Of a stretch of DNA of 64,000 bases, positions 1 through 10,785 are shown piece after piece. The notes below the pieces were generated by a model. It saw only the letters and a program-made list of their open reading frames with translations, was not told the DNA's origin and searched no databases. The stretch's first letter is position 1, and each line of letters opens with the position of its first letter. This DNA is from Phycisphaerae bacterium (lineage in GTDB: Bacteria; Planctomycetota; Phycisphaerae; SM23-33). Location: NCBI GenBank assembly GCA_016782885.1, contig JADHXQ010000009.1, positions 276-64,275 of the forward strand, in the 5' to 3' direction. The position numbers and the translations under genes were made by a program.

Positions 1-219
1 CGGCGCTTTCTGCCTGCGGCGTCGACCGCCCAGGCCTTCGAGGATCCCAATTACTGGTCTGCACTCATACACGTTTTGGAAACAGGGAACGCTACTTTAT
101 TTACAGAAGAATCATAAGTGACGACTACAATCAAACGGTTGACACGCGATAGTGGCTTTCTGGATCCTTCCATGTTCATGCGATCCATTGATGTCCTATT
201 GTATCCGGGAATACAAAGC

Positions 220-2223
220 CTAATCAGACTTCCGCCCGGACATTAGCCCGATCTTCTCGATCGGGATACGTTTGAAGCCCATCTTGTAGGCCGGCGAGTC
301 GTCGCGCAACTGGAAGTTCGCCTTGGCGCGGCCCGCGAAGTGCGGGTCCTTGTCGATCAGGTTGTCCTTGAACGTCACGTATTTCCGGGCGGCGGAATGC
401 ACGCCGTCCCACCGGCCGCCAACACTTACGTTGCGGGCCACCACGTTGCCCTTCGGCGCCGCAGGCGAGTCGGACAAAATATTGAACAGCTTGGGATATC
501 GCCGGCGCCACAGGGCGTTCTGGTACGGCATGGCTTTGAGGCGCGTGGTCATCGTGGTCTTGACGTGGTAGCCCGCCCAACCGGTCGCGCGGGCGTCGAT
601 ATGCAACGCGGGCTTGCAGTCGACGAAGATATTGTTGGATATCACGCAGTCGCGCCCCCCGCCGATGAATGCCGCCCGCGTTACCTGGTAGAACACGTTG
701 CCCTCGATCCGCGTACCGCAGAACATGTCGTCGAGATAGACCCCCACGCATCCCTTCCCGCGAAAACCGGTGATGTGGTGCAGGTAGTTGTGTCGGATCA
801 CCGTGCCCCGCATCGTCCAGTCGCGCCCGGCGTAGATCGCCCCGGCGTCGTTGGACTCCAGGCAGACGCGGTGGATCTCGTTAAGCTCGATCACGTGGTC
901 GTTACCGCTGAACATGATCGCCATGTGCGGAGCGTCGTGGATGAGATTGTTGGCCGCGCGAAGCCCCACGCCGGACAGTGCAATCGCCGGCTTGTACATC
1001 CTGTCCAATCGGCCATAGTGGTGGATATGGTTGCCGGCGGCCTGGTGGCCGGCCGGCGCCAGCGACTTGCGGTCGCCGCCCGACAGCGCAATACCGCCCT
1101 GACCGGTCTGATATATTTCGCAGCCGGTGACGGCCGCGCCGCTACCGCCCGAGATTCGCGCGCCCCAACCGCCGAGGTTCCTTACCACGCAGTCAGTTAC
1201 GCGGTTGGCTTTTCCGTCTTCGATAGACACGGCTGTACCGCGAGCAGCTTCGAATGTCAGGCCCTGTAATGTAATGTGCGAGGTTCCCCGCATGCTCAGG
1301 AGTCCCCTCGCCACTGACACGGTGGGTTTGCCCTTCGCCGGGTCGCTGGGCGGCCAGAAGTACAGCACGCCCGCGGCGCGGTCGAGGTACCATTCGCCGG
1401 GCCGATCCAGTTCGGCCAGGATGTTGAACGCGTAGAACCACTGACCAACGCGATAACCGTACCCGTGATACGGCGGTTTGACCGAGATAATCCGCCTGGC
1501 GGTGTCGATCGAATCGACCTTGTGCCGCTGGTCGGACCAGTCCCAGAACCAGTACCCATGCACCCAGATGTCTTTCTCGCCCGCCCAGCGTTTGGGCCGA
1601 TCCCCGGCGTACATGAACTTTCCGATCTTGTCGCCCTTCGTACCGCGTACGTTTTTCGGCTTACCGCCGACGAGTCCGGTGATCTTCACGAACCCCTCGT
1701 CCGGCCAGCGGGCCAGGGTCATAGGGCGGTCCTGGAAGAACAACTCCAGCCCACCGCCGGCGGATCCGTAGTCTTTTATCCCCAACGCCTTGAGATCCGC
1801 CCGCAGAACCTTACCGCGGGCATTCTCATCCAGGCGACCCAGGACAGTCTTGTCGGTAACCGGCCGGAAGTTTGTCACCGCCCTACCACCGCTGGCGCGG
1901 ACCTCGGCGCCGGCTGCGGCGCGATAAACGATTCGACCATCCGCCGTACCGGAATCCGCCGCGGTAAGGGCAAGCACCGCCGCCTGCTCGTAAGTACCCC
2001 CCGCCAACTCGACGATCACGCCGCCGGAGGGCAGGGGACCGGCGGCTTTGATCTTGCGAACAGCATCTCGCCCGCCGGCCGGCGTCGCCAGCGGTTTGTC
2101 CTTCGTGCCCGGATTTGTATCCGACCCGCCCGGGGCGACGTAAAGAATCTTCCCACCAGCCCCCGCGCCCGCAGCCAGGGCGAGGATCACCACACAAAAC
2201 GACACTACCGACGTCATCCTCAT
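220..2223 (-). CDS. secreted right-handed parallel beta-helix repeat protein (pectate-lyase-like fold)
   Basis: Long ORF 220..2247. Start placed at ATG 2223 (MRMTSVVSFCVVILALAAGAGA, signal-peptide-like), which is preceded by AAAGGAAA. Repeated beta-helix turn motifs: AAGNHIHH, AANNLIHD, IEGNVFYQ, VISNNIFVDC, VARNVSVGG. Confidence 0.75.
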   Translation of the reverse strand: MRMTSVVSFCVVILALAAGAGAGGKILYVAPGGSDTNPGTKDKPLATPAGGRDAVRKIKAAGPLPSGGVIVELAGGTYEQAAVLALTAADSGTADGRIVYRAAAGAEVRASGGRAVTNFRPVTDKTVLGRLDENARGKVLRADLKALGIKDYGSAGGGLELFFQDRPMTLARWPDEGFVKITGLVGGKPKNVRGTKGDKIGKFMYAGDRPKRWAGEKDIWVHGYWFWDWSDQRHKVDSIDTARRIISVKPPYHGYGYRVGQWFYAFNILAELDRPGEWYLDRAAGVLYFWPPSDPAKGKPTVSVARGLLSMRGTSHITLQGLTFEAARGTAVSIEDGKANRVTDCVVRNLGGWGARISGGSGAAVTGCEIYQTGQGGIALSGGDRKSLAPAGHQAAGNHIHHYGRLDRMYKPAIALSGVGLRAANNLIHDAPHMAIMFSGNDHVIELNEIHRVCLESNDAGAIYAGRDWTMRGTVIRHNYLHHITGFRGKGCVGVYLDDMFCGTRIEGNVFYQVTRAAFIGGGRDCVISNNIFVDCKPALHIDARATGWAGYHVKTTMTTRLKAMPYQNALWRRRYPKLFNILSDSPAAPKGNVVARNVSVGGRWDGVHSAARKYVTFKDNLIDKDPHFAGRAKANFQLRDDSPAYKMGFKRIPIEKIGLMSGRKSD

Positions 2224-2258
2224 CGCATATTTCCTTTCAACGGCCATTCAGTGTCGGG

Positions 2259-2708
2259 TTATTTGCGCGGTACGAAGCTGATCACTCCGTCATTCGACAT
2301 GGTGAGTTCCCCCGCGTGATGTTTCACGAATTTATCTCGTTGGGAACCCGCCTTTGCAAAATCATCTGCCCCTCCCAGTGCTATGGAGGTTACAACGAAA
2401 CGCTCCTCCAATCCGTCGCGCGGTCCTCGCGACACGAGCCAAACGGCCGTGTCGTCCGGCAGGCGATAGCATCCGCTGCGAGGGACCTTGAGAGGCTCCG
2501 AGGCGCCTTGGGCGGAGAGCACCATGTCGTAGTTCAAACACATATCTTCGGCGTCGGCGTCTGCGAGTACGGATAATGCGACTGATAATTTCATGCCGAT
2601 GGATATTTTGTATGTCATGGCGGCGGGGGGAGCCTCAACCGGCCTGCGACAGCCCGGGAGCGTTACACACATCGTCAACGTCGCCATATACCCAGCGAAT
2701 CTCGCCAT
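2259..2708 (-). CDS. hypothetical protein, possible lipoprotein
   Basis: 149-aa ORF ending 11 nt upstream of the beta-helix gene on the same strand. N-terminus MATLTMCVTLPGC resembles a lipobox. No family recognised. Confidence 0.4.
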   Translation of the reverse strand: MARFAGYMATLTMCVTLPGCRRPVEAPPAAMTYKISIGMKLSVALSVLADADAEDMCLNYDMVLSAQGASEPLKVPRSGCYRLPDDTAVWLVSRGPRDGLEERFVVTSIALGGADDFAKAGSQRDKFVKHHAGELTMSNDGVISFVPRK

Positions 2709-2893
2709 GGTATGGACACCATACCAATATCACCGCACAAACGTAACCCTCACTTGGGAGTCGGGAGGCTGGTTCTTTGTTCTTGTAACGACGTGGCGGT
2801 CGCTTGTATCCTATGAACTGACTTGCCGACAACGGATGAACCAAACCCCCAACGTTTTATACCGGATGTCTGATATTTGAGGAGCATTGAACC

Positions 2894-5800
2894 ATGAAGT
2901 ACGCAACAGGCAGAATCTTCACGATCGTTCTGGTTTCGCTGGTATGTCTTTCGGCGCTGGCGCCGGGATCCGCCCTGGGGGCATCGGATGCCCAGAAAAT
3001 ACTCGACTCCTACGGTGAGAGCAGTGGATTGTTCGTCGTTGTCGGTTGCGGGGATGCGGCCGCTGCGCAACTGGCGACCGATCTGGGCAAGAACGGCAAT
3101 TCGCTGGTGCATGTTATCGCCAGCGACAAGAGCGAAGTGGCGGATATCAACAAGGCGATCGCCGCCGCGGGCGTAAAAGGCTGCGTAACCGTCGAACAAC
3201 TCGGCCTGGCCAAGCTGCCGTATCGCGACTACATGGTAAACGTCATGGTCGTTATGGATCCCGCAAAGGCCGCCAAATCCGGATTCACCGCCAAAGAAGC
3301 CAAGAGATGCCTGGCGCCCAACGGACGGTTGATCACATGCACATCCGGTAAGATAGCGAAGATCGAAGAGATCCCGCTGCCGAAGAACATGGACATCTGG
3401 ACCCACCAGTATCACGGGGCCGACGGCGTACCGGCATCCACTGACACGGTGTTCGACCTGCCCGTGGGCTTCAAGTGGAGCGCGGGCCTTCCGATGAACT
3501 TTGACAATCCCCTGCGAGCGGCCAACCGGTACTCCTCTACGCGGGCGCTGCTCCTGAATGATGGACGATGCTTCTCGTTCTCCACGGGTGTCGTCGAGAA
3601 CCTCGGAGCCGGATGGAAATCAAAATACGGTACGGACCAGTACCTCACCTGCCGCGACGCCTTCAACGGGCGTATGCTCTGGCGGACGAAGATTGGCGAG
3701 ACGTACTACGGCGGGCTCTACATCGAGAACCTCGCCCCCATGGTCTCGATCAACCAGCATGTGTATGTAGCCGGTGATAACGGGAAGATGCTGGTTATCA
3801 GCACTCGAACGGGCAAGGTTCTGCGCGAGCTGCCCACCACTTACATCCCCGGTGTGATAGCGTCGACCAAGGGTATTGTCGTTGTGGCTACGTGGGAAGG
3901 CGGAAAGTCGATGGGCTCGGTTGCGCGCTACGATCGCCGCCGCATGGACTGGGCGATCGCCAAGGGAACCGTTGAAGCCTACGATGACAAATCCGGTAAG
4001 CAACTGTGGAAGCAGGATCTCCTGGGCACGTCCCTGCGGATCGCCGACGGGCGCGTGTTCATAGTCAGCAGGGACGCCGATGACCCACGTGAAGCGGGCA
4101 AGAGGGGGGAAAAACGTCCTTCGCAAAAGGTAATCGCCCTCGACCTGGCCAAGGGGAAAGTGCTCTGGGAAGCCGCCGACGAGTCCTTCAAGGCCACAAA
4201 CCAGAACATCACTCTCGAAGCTGCCGGTTTTGGCGCGGTGGCTGTAGCGCACAGCGGTCGCAACAAGGTGGCGCTGCTGTCGGCTGAAAGCGGTAAGGTT
4301 CTCGATACCGACAAAGCCGCAGCCGCCGGGAAGAACTTCTTCAGGTTCCGAGGGCACATATGCACGCCTGTTATGCGTGTTGGCGACATACAACTGAACA
4401 ATCGAGGCGGAACCATCACCAAGGGCGCCGAAAAGCAGAACTTCGGTGGCGCACGGGGCGGTTGCCTGACCGGAACAGTTCCGGGATACGGCGCCGGTTA
4501 CATTCCCCAGAACTGGTGCCGCTGCTCCCCGGCGCAGATACCGGGCCTGCTGGCAATCGCGCCGATCGGAAAGATCCCGACGCCCGAGGAGATGGAAGTC
4601 GCGACCAAACCGGTCGATTTCGCCACGTACGACGAAACGGCTGACGACGGTATTGCAAGCCCCTCGATGTGGACGTCATTCCGCGGTAACGCCGAAAGGT
4701 CCAGCAGCGCCCCATGCGATATCTCCGCGAAGGCCAAAGCTCTCTGGAGCAAGCAGGTCGCCGCAAAGAAAATCGAAGGCACCGTCCAGCGTGACTGGCG
4801 TTCTTTCCTGAACACCAGGCTCACCGCGCCGGTCGCCGTTGGAATGCTGGTGATCGTTTCCGATATCGATCACAACGAAATCATCGCCATGGACGCCGAG
4901 AGCGGTAATGTCAAATGGCGTTTTATGACCGGCGGCAGGATGGATACCTCCCCCACGCTGCACAAGGGTATCTGCCTGGCGGGCGATCGCACCGGATACG
5001 TCTACGCGATCAAGATCAAGACCGGTCAGCTCATATACAAGCTGCGCATCGCACCGGAAGAGAAGCGTATGATGTCGTACGGTAAGGTCGAATCGGTCTG
5101 GCCGGTGATCGGCGGCGTGATGGTGACCGGCGGTAAGGCCTACGCATCGGCCGGTCGCACCCAGGGTTCCGACGGCGGGCTGCTGGCCAGAGCGTTCGTA
5201 CCGGAAACGGGAAAAGTGCTATGGTCCAAAGCAGTGCCCAAGGAAGGCCGTGCCGGGAGGCGGAATGACGCGTTGGCGTTGCAAGGCAACGCCATCAAGA
5301 CCATGGGCTACAGCCTCGACCTTGAAAAAGGCGAGACCGCCAAAGGCAAGGGCGCCGGGATCACTACCGCTCTGGAGGGCATCTACAGTTGGAACTGGAC
5401 GCGCGTGGGTCATCGCAAATTCGGGAATATCGGGTTCGGTAAGTCCAAGGGCGATACCGTAAGCTGGAGCGACAAATACGTAGCCGCCTGCGACATGCGA
5501 AACGGACTGTCGCTTTTCGAACTTGTCAACGGTCAGCAGAAGGGCAAGAAATGGGCTCTTGCCGTGGACAAGGACCGCCAGGTGACGTCCCTGATAATCT
5601 GCAACAACGTGGTAGTGATCGGCGGGGCGATTACGGGTGAGGGAACGAAAAAAGGCTTCGTTCAGGCGATCGGAATCGACAGCGGAAAACCAGTCTGGGA
5701 CAAGACGTACGCGTCCAGGCTGGCGTTCAACGGCCTGGCGATCGACGGCGGCAGGATCATCGCCTCCTTCGATGACGGTAGCGTTACGTGCCTGAAATAG
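2894..5800 (+). CDS. PQQ-like beta-propeller repeat exoprotein with N-terminal Rossmann/methyltransferase-like domain
   Basis: GAGGAG lies 8 nt upstream of the ATG. Signal peptide LVSLVCLSALAPGSALG. N-terminal VVVGCGDAAAAQLATDL. Reiterated propeller-blade motifs: GKQLWKQDL, GKVLWEAAD, GNVKWRF, GKVLWSKAV, GKPVWDKTY. Confidence 0.75.
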   Translation: MKYATGRIFTIVLVSLVCLSALAPGSALGASDAQKILDSYGESSGLFVVVGCGDAAAAQLATDLGKNGNSLVHVIASDKSEVADINKAIAAAGVKGCVTVEQLGLAKLPYRDYMVNVMVVMDPAKAAKSGFTAKEAKRCLAPNGRLITCTSGKIAKIEEIPLPKNMDIWTHQYHGADGVPASTDTVFDLPVGFKWSAGLPMNFDNPLRAANRYSSTRALLLNDGRCFSFSTGVVENLGAGWKSKYGTDQYLTCRDAFNGRMLWRTKIGETYYGGLYIENLAPMVSINQHVYVAGDNGKMLVISTRTGKVLRELPTTYIPGVIASTKGIVVVATWEGGKSMGSVARYDRRRMDWAIAKGTVEAYDDKSGKQLWKQDLLGTSLRIADGRVFIVSRDADDPREAGKRGEKRPSQKVIALDLAKGKVLWEAADESFKATNQNITLEAAGFGAVAVAHSGRNKVALLSAESGKVLDTDKAAAAGKNFFRFRGHICTPVMRVGDIQLNNRGGTITKGAEKQNFGGARGGCLTGTVPGYGAGYIPQNWCRCSPAQIPGLLAIAPIGKIPTPEEMEVATKPVDFATYDETADDGIASPSMWTSFRGNAERSSSAPCDISAKAKALWSKQVAAKKIEGTVQRDWRSFLNTRLTAPVAVGMLVIVSDIDHNEIIAMDAESGNVKWRFMTGGRMDTSPTLHKGICLAGDRTGYVYAIKIKTGQLIYKLRIAPEEKRMMSYGKVESVWPVIGGVMVTGGKAYASAGRTQGSDGGLLARAFVPETGKVLWSKAVPKEGRAGRRNDALALQGNAIKTMGYSLDLEKGETAKGKGAGITTALEGIYSWNWTRVGHRKFGNIGFGKSKGDTVSWSDKYVAACDMRNGLSLFELVNGQQKGKKWALAVDKDRQVTSLIICNNVVVIGGAITGEGTKKGFVQAIGIDSGKPVWDKTYASRLAFNGLAIDGGRIIASFDDGSVTCLK

Positions 5801-5815
5801 GATCCGGCGCGTAGG

Positions 5816-7039
5816 TCAAAATCGTCGCGGTCTGGAAGCTCTGCGCCAGTGTTTCTTTTTGGTTGGCGCCGCTTCTTTGCTGATTTGCGACTTTCTGGGC
5901 AGGGGCGAGGGGAAGGGATGTTCGCTGATTATATCGATTGTCTGGTCGAGAAGTTCTTCAACCGCGCTGAGCAGATACCGCTCTTCGACGCCGCAGAACG
6001 ACCATGCCACTCCCGGCGTTCCGGCCCGTCCGGTCCGACCGATGCGGTGGACGTAGACTTCGGCCTCGTTGGGCATGTCGTAGTTAATGACGTGTGAGAT
6101 GTTATCGATATCGATTCCCCGTGCGGCGACATCGCTGGCTACGAGCACCGGTGTCTTTCCCTTTTTGAAATTGGCCAGGGCCCGTTCCCGCGCGACCTGT
6201 GTTTTGTCTGAGTGGATGGCGTCGGCTTTTATGCCCGCACGCTTCAGATGATCCGAGACCTTGTCGGCGCCGCGCTTGGTCCTGGTAAAGATAAGCACGC
6301 GGGTAGCGTCCTTTCCGGTCAGCAGATGTTCCAGCAGCGCCTGTTTATCGTGCCATTCCACCAGGTATACCGACTGCGTGACGGTTTCCGCCGCGGGCGT
6401 TTCCGGCGAGACGCGCACCTCTACGGGGTCGTTAAGGAGCGAATCGGCCAGTCCCTGGATAGCAGACGGCATGGTCGCCGAGAACAGCAGCGTCTGTCGC
6501 TTTTCGGGTATCTGTGCGATGATGCGTCGGATATCAATGATGAAGCCCATGTCCAGCATGCGGTCAGCCTCGTCGAGAACGAACACCTCGAGACCCCGGA
6601 GCTTGATGAGTTTCTGGCCCATCAGGTCGAGCAGCCGCCCCGGAGTGGCCACCAGTATGTCGACTCCCTTTTTGAGGGCCTTGGCTTGGGGACCCTGGCG
6701 GACACCGCCAAAAACCACGGTGTGGCGGAGGCGCGTGTGGGCTCCGTAGGCGCCGAAGCTGTCGGAAATCTGCGAAGCCAGTTCGCGGGTCGGCGTGATG
6801 ATCAGCGCACGAATCGGTCTGGTGCCTTCGCCCTTGTACTGGTTGGCGTGGAATCGCTGGAGAATTGGAAGGGCGAAAGCGGCGGTCTTGCCCGTGCCCG
6901 TTTGGGCACAACCAAGTAAGTCCTTGCCCGCCAGCAGAGGCGGTATTGCCTCGATCTGAATAGGCGTTGGCGTAGTGTAGCCCTCTTCGGCAACTGCGCG
7001 CAATAACGGTTCTATCAGGCCCAGATCTTTGAAACACAT
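5816..7039 (-). CDS. rhlE: DEAD-box ATP-dependent RNA helicase (RhlE-like)
   Basis: Motifs [37 protein letters not shown]. Start moved from 7141 to ATG 7039 (MCFKDLGL...[10 protein letters not shown]-motif region). Confidence 0.9.
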   Translation of the reverse strand: MCFKDLGLIEPLLRAVAEEGYTTPTPIQIEAIPPLLAGKDLLGCAQTGTGKTAAFALPILQRFHANQYKGEGTRPIRALIITPTRELASQISDSFGAYGAHTRLRHTVVFGGVRQGPQAKALKKGVDILVATPGRLLDLMGQKLIKLRGLEVFVLDEADRMLDMGFIIDIRRIIAQIPEKRQTLLFSATMPSAIQGLADSLLNDPVEVRVSPETPAAETVTQSVYLVEWHDKQALLEHLLTGKDATRVLIFTRTKRGADKVSDHLKRAGIKADAIHSDKTQVARERALANFKKGKTPVLVASDVAARGIDIDNISHVINYDMPNEAEVYVHRIGRTGRAGTPGVAWSFCGVEERYLLSAVEELLDQTIDIISEHPFPSPLPRKSQISKEAAPTKKKHWRRASRPRRF

Positions 7040-7232
7040 TCGATTGGATACTCTCTTGCCCGCCCTGGCGACACAGGTCGCGACGCGCGGGCGTTTGTCA
7101 GAATTCGGCAGACGCTTACAACAACTACCACTTGATAGCAAGTCGTATTGACAACCACCCTGGGTTGCACGGGGTTTCCGATTGGAGTTCAGATAATCAA
7201 ACTGTGCTGCAAACCTTCAGATCGGACGGAGG

Positions 7233-7388
7233 TCACGTGACCGTACCGTTTGCGGCCTTTCTGGTCGCTTTTGCTTCGTCAAGAACAGCCTTGCGGTCGC
7301 GCTGGCGAGCCTTGCGGCGTGCGTTTTTGCGGCGCGTTGCAGCTTGATTTTCCATTCTCTGGTCGAGTCGGGTTCGTCGCCTTCCCAT
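7233..7388 (-). CDS. possible small highly basic protein (51 aa)
   Basis: MGRRRTRLDQRMENQAATRRKNARRKARQRDRKAVLDEAKATRKAANGTVT. ATG 7388 is preceded by AAAGGGA 6 nt upstream. No family recognised; it could be a chance ORF in the rhlE leader. Confidence 0.3.
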   Translation of the reverse strand: MGRRRTRLDQRMENQAATRRKNARRKARQRDRKAVLDEAKATRKAANGTVT

Positions 7389-7697
7389 CGTCAATCCCTT
7401 TCGGCTGGGGTTGTTGTTGCATTCTATCGTTGTTTTGAATCGAACATCATACACCGACGCAAGCAATCCTGCAATACCTATTTGCACAAATCGGATGGAA
7501 GGACAAGCTACCGTCCGCCCTTGTGGTCCGCGGTAATATATGCCGGGAGCGCAAGTAGATTTCAGGAATGATGTTGATGTGTCTCGCGCGACAATGTATT
7601 GTATTATTCAGATACAGCGTATACCGATTTTGGTATACTCTGTCGATGCGTTGGGGCCGTATTACATGGAACGCTATTATTGTTACGGGGAGTTGAA

Positions 7698-8390
7698 ATG
7701 AGAAGAAAGCAATCGCAGGTGCGGCCGGAGGGTTCAAACGGCGGTGAGTCTGATTCCGTCACGATCTATCTGGCGGACGACCATGCAGTGGTTCGTGAGG
7801 GACTGGCGTCATTGTTGGGCGGCGACGGCGGCAGGTTCACGATAATCGGACAGACCGGGGATGGTCTAGCCGTTCTGGCGGACGTCAAACGCCTCAAGCC
7901 CCAAGTCGTGGTGCTCGATATCACCATGCCGGGTTTGAACGGGCTGGATGTCTGCCGCGATATCGTCAAGCGCTGCGGCTGCACGAACGTTCTTATCCTC
8001 AGCATGCACAGCGACCCGCAATTCATCGTGCGCGCAATCGAATATGGCGCAAGGGGTTATCTGTTAAAAGAATCGGCTACGACACAGTTGCGCGAGGCTG
8101 TTTCCGCAGTGGCTTGCGGTGAATTGTACCTCGGACCGGGGGTCCCTCGGGATATCCTGGAGCAGGTTACCAAGAGTCATGAGGATCCCTACGAACGTTT
8201 GACCAGTCGCGAGCGACAAGTCCTCCAAATGATTGCTGAAGGCAAAATAAATCGTAAGATTGCCAAAAAACTGGGTTTATCAGTAAAGACCGTCGATACG
8301 CATCGCATGCGACTCATGAACAAACTCGATATTCACGACCAGATTTCTCTGGTAAAATATGCACTTCGCAAAGGAATTGTTATAATATAA
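7698..8390 (+). CDS. NarL/LuxR-family response regulator (REC + LuxR HTH)
   Basis: REC motifs IYLADDHAVVREGL and VVVLDITMPGLNG. C-terminal LTSRERQVLQMIAEGKINRKIAKKLGLSVKTVDTHRMRLMNKL. ATG 7698 is preceded by GGGGAG. Confidence 0.85.
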   Translation: MRRKQSQVRPEGSNGGESDSVTIYLADDHAVVREGLASLLGGDGGRFTIIGQTGDGLAVLADVKRLKPQVVVLDITMPGLNGLDVCRDIVKRCGCTNVLILSMHSDPQFIVRAIEYGARGYLLKESATTQLREAVSAVACGELYLGPGVPRDILEQVTKSHEDPYERLTSRERQVLQMIAEGKINRKIAKKLGLSVKTVDTHRMRLMNKLDIHDQISLVKYALRKGIVII

Positions 8391-8412
8391 GCAGAGACGT
8401 TACCAGGGCGGG

Positions 8413-8437
8413 GTCAAGTGTATCTGAAGCACTTGAC
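8413..8437 (+). terminator. hairpin after the response-regulator gene (weak terminator candidate)
   Basis: GTCAAGTG-N9-CACTTGAC, an 8-bp stem 23 nt after the stop at 8390. Only TT follows, so a rho-independent function is uncertain. Confidence 0.3.
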
Positions 8438-8545
8438 TTACACGTAAAGATGGGGCGCTTTGATGCCGATAGTGCTATTAGGTCGTCTCACCGGTATTGG
8501 AAGCCGGACCATCGAGTTCCATAGCAGCGCAAGCAAAAGGTTGAA

Positions 8546-10753
8546 ATGAAACTGACTTCCCCAACGATCCTGCTGCTGCTGGCGGCGGTTGCTACGGCGG
8601 GTATATTCATCACCGACGCGTTATATCTTCGCCCGCGTGTTTTTGAACAGGAGCGCAACGCCCTGCAAAGCGAGGCCAATCAGACGCGATCGCAGGTGAT
8701 GCTCGCTTTGGCCGCCAGGCAGGAAGCTCTCGATCAAGTAGCCGCCGCGATGGCAAGCTGCGCTGAGAGCGGTGGTCTTCTCGTCGACGGTCCCAACGCC
8801 GAGAACCGCTTTGCTCTCTGGGCCAGTAGCGCAGTAAGCGACTCGGGTCTCGACATGGTCTGGTTGACGGATTCAAAAGGTACCATAACCTCCCGGTGGT
8901 CGCGTCCGGGCAATTCACTAGTACCGGAGTCGGCGCCGTCGATTCCTGATGATGTTTCCAGGGGTATTCTGCACCTTGACAAATGCGGACCGGTGGTGTT
9001 CGCCCGCCATGCCTTGCCCAAGGACCCGCAGGGGCGCGAACTTTGGGTCGTCATGTTGATCGGGGCCTCGGTTCGAACAAGCCTCTGGAACACAAGCGGA
9101 GGCGAACTCGTCCTGGTGCCGTGGACGGGCGAACTTCGCGAGGATCCCGAAGCGACAGCAATAGACGCCAACGCACAGTGGGTATCCTCGGAAAACAGGT
9201 TGTCGGTGAGTTGGCTGGTGCATGATCCAGAGGGAAAAGTGCTCGCTTTCTTCCGCGCCAGCCAACCGGTCCCATACATTCGTCTCCAGGCCGCAACCGC
9301 TCGCAGAATGGTTCTGATAATACTGTCAATGTCGATGAGTCTCGCCGGGTTGGTCATCGTCGGCGCGCATATACTGATTACCGGACCGGTCGTCCGCCTG
9401 CTGAGACGTCTGCAGGACGTGGACCAACTTGAAGGCGAGTCGACTGACAATCTGACGCGCGGTCTGCACGGTGAACCGCTCATGCTCGCAAAAAAACTGC
9501 AGGGAGCATTCCGGGATCTCGCACATATTTCCAAGACCGACGAACTTACCGGACTAGCCAACCGAAGGTATTTCGAGGAGGTCCTTAGCGCCTTCTTCCA
9601 CCAGGCTGTCCGATACCGGCGCCCCATGTCGATAGTCATAATCGACGTGGACTTCTTCAAGGCCGTCAACGATGCCGGCGGACACCTTCTCGGAGACGAA
9701 CTGCTCAAAACAGTTGCGCGAGCAATTCTCCAGGCATGCCGAAAAGCCGACCTGCCGGCGAGAATCGGCGGTGACGAGTTCGCAATACTACTGCCTGAAA
9801 CCGCCGCCTCGGATGCGGCCGCAGTCGCCGAACGCATCCAGCACCTGCTGTCGGCGGAAACTACCAGTTCGAACGAACTCCAGTTGAACGTGACACTGTC
9901 AATCGGCGTAGCCGACCTGAGTTCCAGGGACATCAAGACGCACGCAGATATGGTAAACCGAGCCGACAGGGCACTGTACGCCGCAAAAGAACGCGGTAGG
10001 AACTGCATAGTTGAATTCGACGCCATCACTGGCGCACCCAGGGCCCTGTCAGGGGCGGGGGTGAACAAGAACGCTCTCCAGAAGAAACTCGCCGGACTGG
10101 ACTCCCGGTTCAAGGATGTCTTCCTGCAGGCAGTACAGGAAATCGTCGACGTGATCGAACGGCGCGACCACTACATGCGCGACCACGTCCAGAAAGTGCA
10201 ACGATATGTCGTACTGATCTCCCGGGAAATGGGCCTGCCCGAGGCCCTTATCCAGCGACTGGAGATTTCGGCAATGCTGCACGATATCGGTATGCTGTCA
10301 CTACCTGATTCAATACTGCTCTGCCCGAATGAACTTAACCCCGAGCAGCTTGAGGCCATGCAAGGTCATCCACTCCAGGCCGTACAGATGATGCAGGGGA
10401 TGGAATTCCTCGACCAGGAGATACCGGCAGTTCGGTCGCACCACGAATGCTTCGACGGTAGCGGATACCCCGACGGTCTGGCCGGTGCGGCGATCCCGCT
10501 GACCGCGAGGATCCTGGCAGTGGGCGATTCCTTCGATGCGATAACGTCGCCGCGCACCTTCCGCGGGGCAAAGACGCCGGCCGACGCGATGCAAGAAATC
10601 CGCGATGGATCCGGTACGCAGTTCGATCCGGCAGTTGTGGCGGCTTTCCTGAAAGTTGCCGACCAGCTTGGCGATCGGCTCGTTATATCCCCGCGGGATG
10701 AGGCTTTTGCTTTCAAGCATCTCGAGCCCGAGCCGGTAGATCAGCCTGTCTGA
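8546..10753 (+). CDS. sensor protein with GGDEF diguanylate cyclase and HD-GYP phosphodiesterase domains
   Basis: N-terminal TM segment, a ~230-aa periplasmic-like region and a second TM segment. GGDEF motif RIGGDEFAILL. HD-GYP motifs MLHDIGMLSLPD and HHECFDGSGYPDGL. Confidence 0.85.
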   Translation: MKLTSPTILLLLAAVATAGIFITDALYLRPRVFEQERNALQSEANQTRSQVMLALAARQEALDQVAAAMASCAESGGLLVDGPNAENRFALWASSAVSDSGLDMVWLTDSKGTITSRWSRPGNSLVPESAPSIPDDVSRGILHLDKCGPVVFARHALPKDPQGRELWVVMLIGASVRTSLWNTSGGELVLVPWTGELREDPEATAIDANAQWVSSENRLSVSWLVHDPEGKVLAFFRASQPVPYIRLQAATARRMVLIILSMSMSLAGLVIVGAHILITGPVVRLLRRLQDVDQLEGESTDNLTRGLHGEPLMLAKKLQGAFRDLAHISKTDELTGLANRRYFEEVLSAFFHQAVRYRRPMSIVIIDVDFFKAVNDAGGHLLGDELLKTVARAILQACRKADLPARIGGDEFAILLPETAASDAAAVAERIQHLLSAETTSSNELQLNVTLSIGVADLSSRDIKTHADMVNRADRALYAAKERGRNCIVEFDAITGAPRALSGAGVNKNALQKKLAGLDSRFKDVFLQAVQEIVDVIERRDHYMRDHVQKVQRYVVLISREMGLPEALIQRLEISAMLHDIGMLSLPDSILLCPNELNPEQLEAMQGHPLQAVQMMQGMEFLDQEIPAVRSHHECFDGSGYPDGLAGAAIPLTARILAVGDSFDAITSPRTFRGAKTPADAMQEIRDGSGTQFDPAVVAAFLKVADQLGDRLVISPRDEAFAFKHLEPEPVDQPV

Positions 10754-10785
10754 AGCGCGCCCGGCGGCGGTGTCTCGGACCACAC

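Noticed and set aside
1-219. Possible 3' end of a + strand gene entering from the left edge.
   Set aside because: All three + frames are open for 110-170 nt from the edge, so openness carries no information, and no motif is recognisable.
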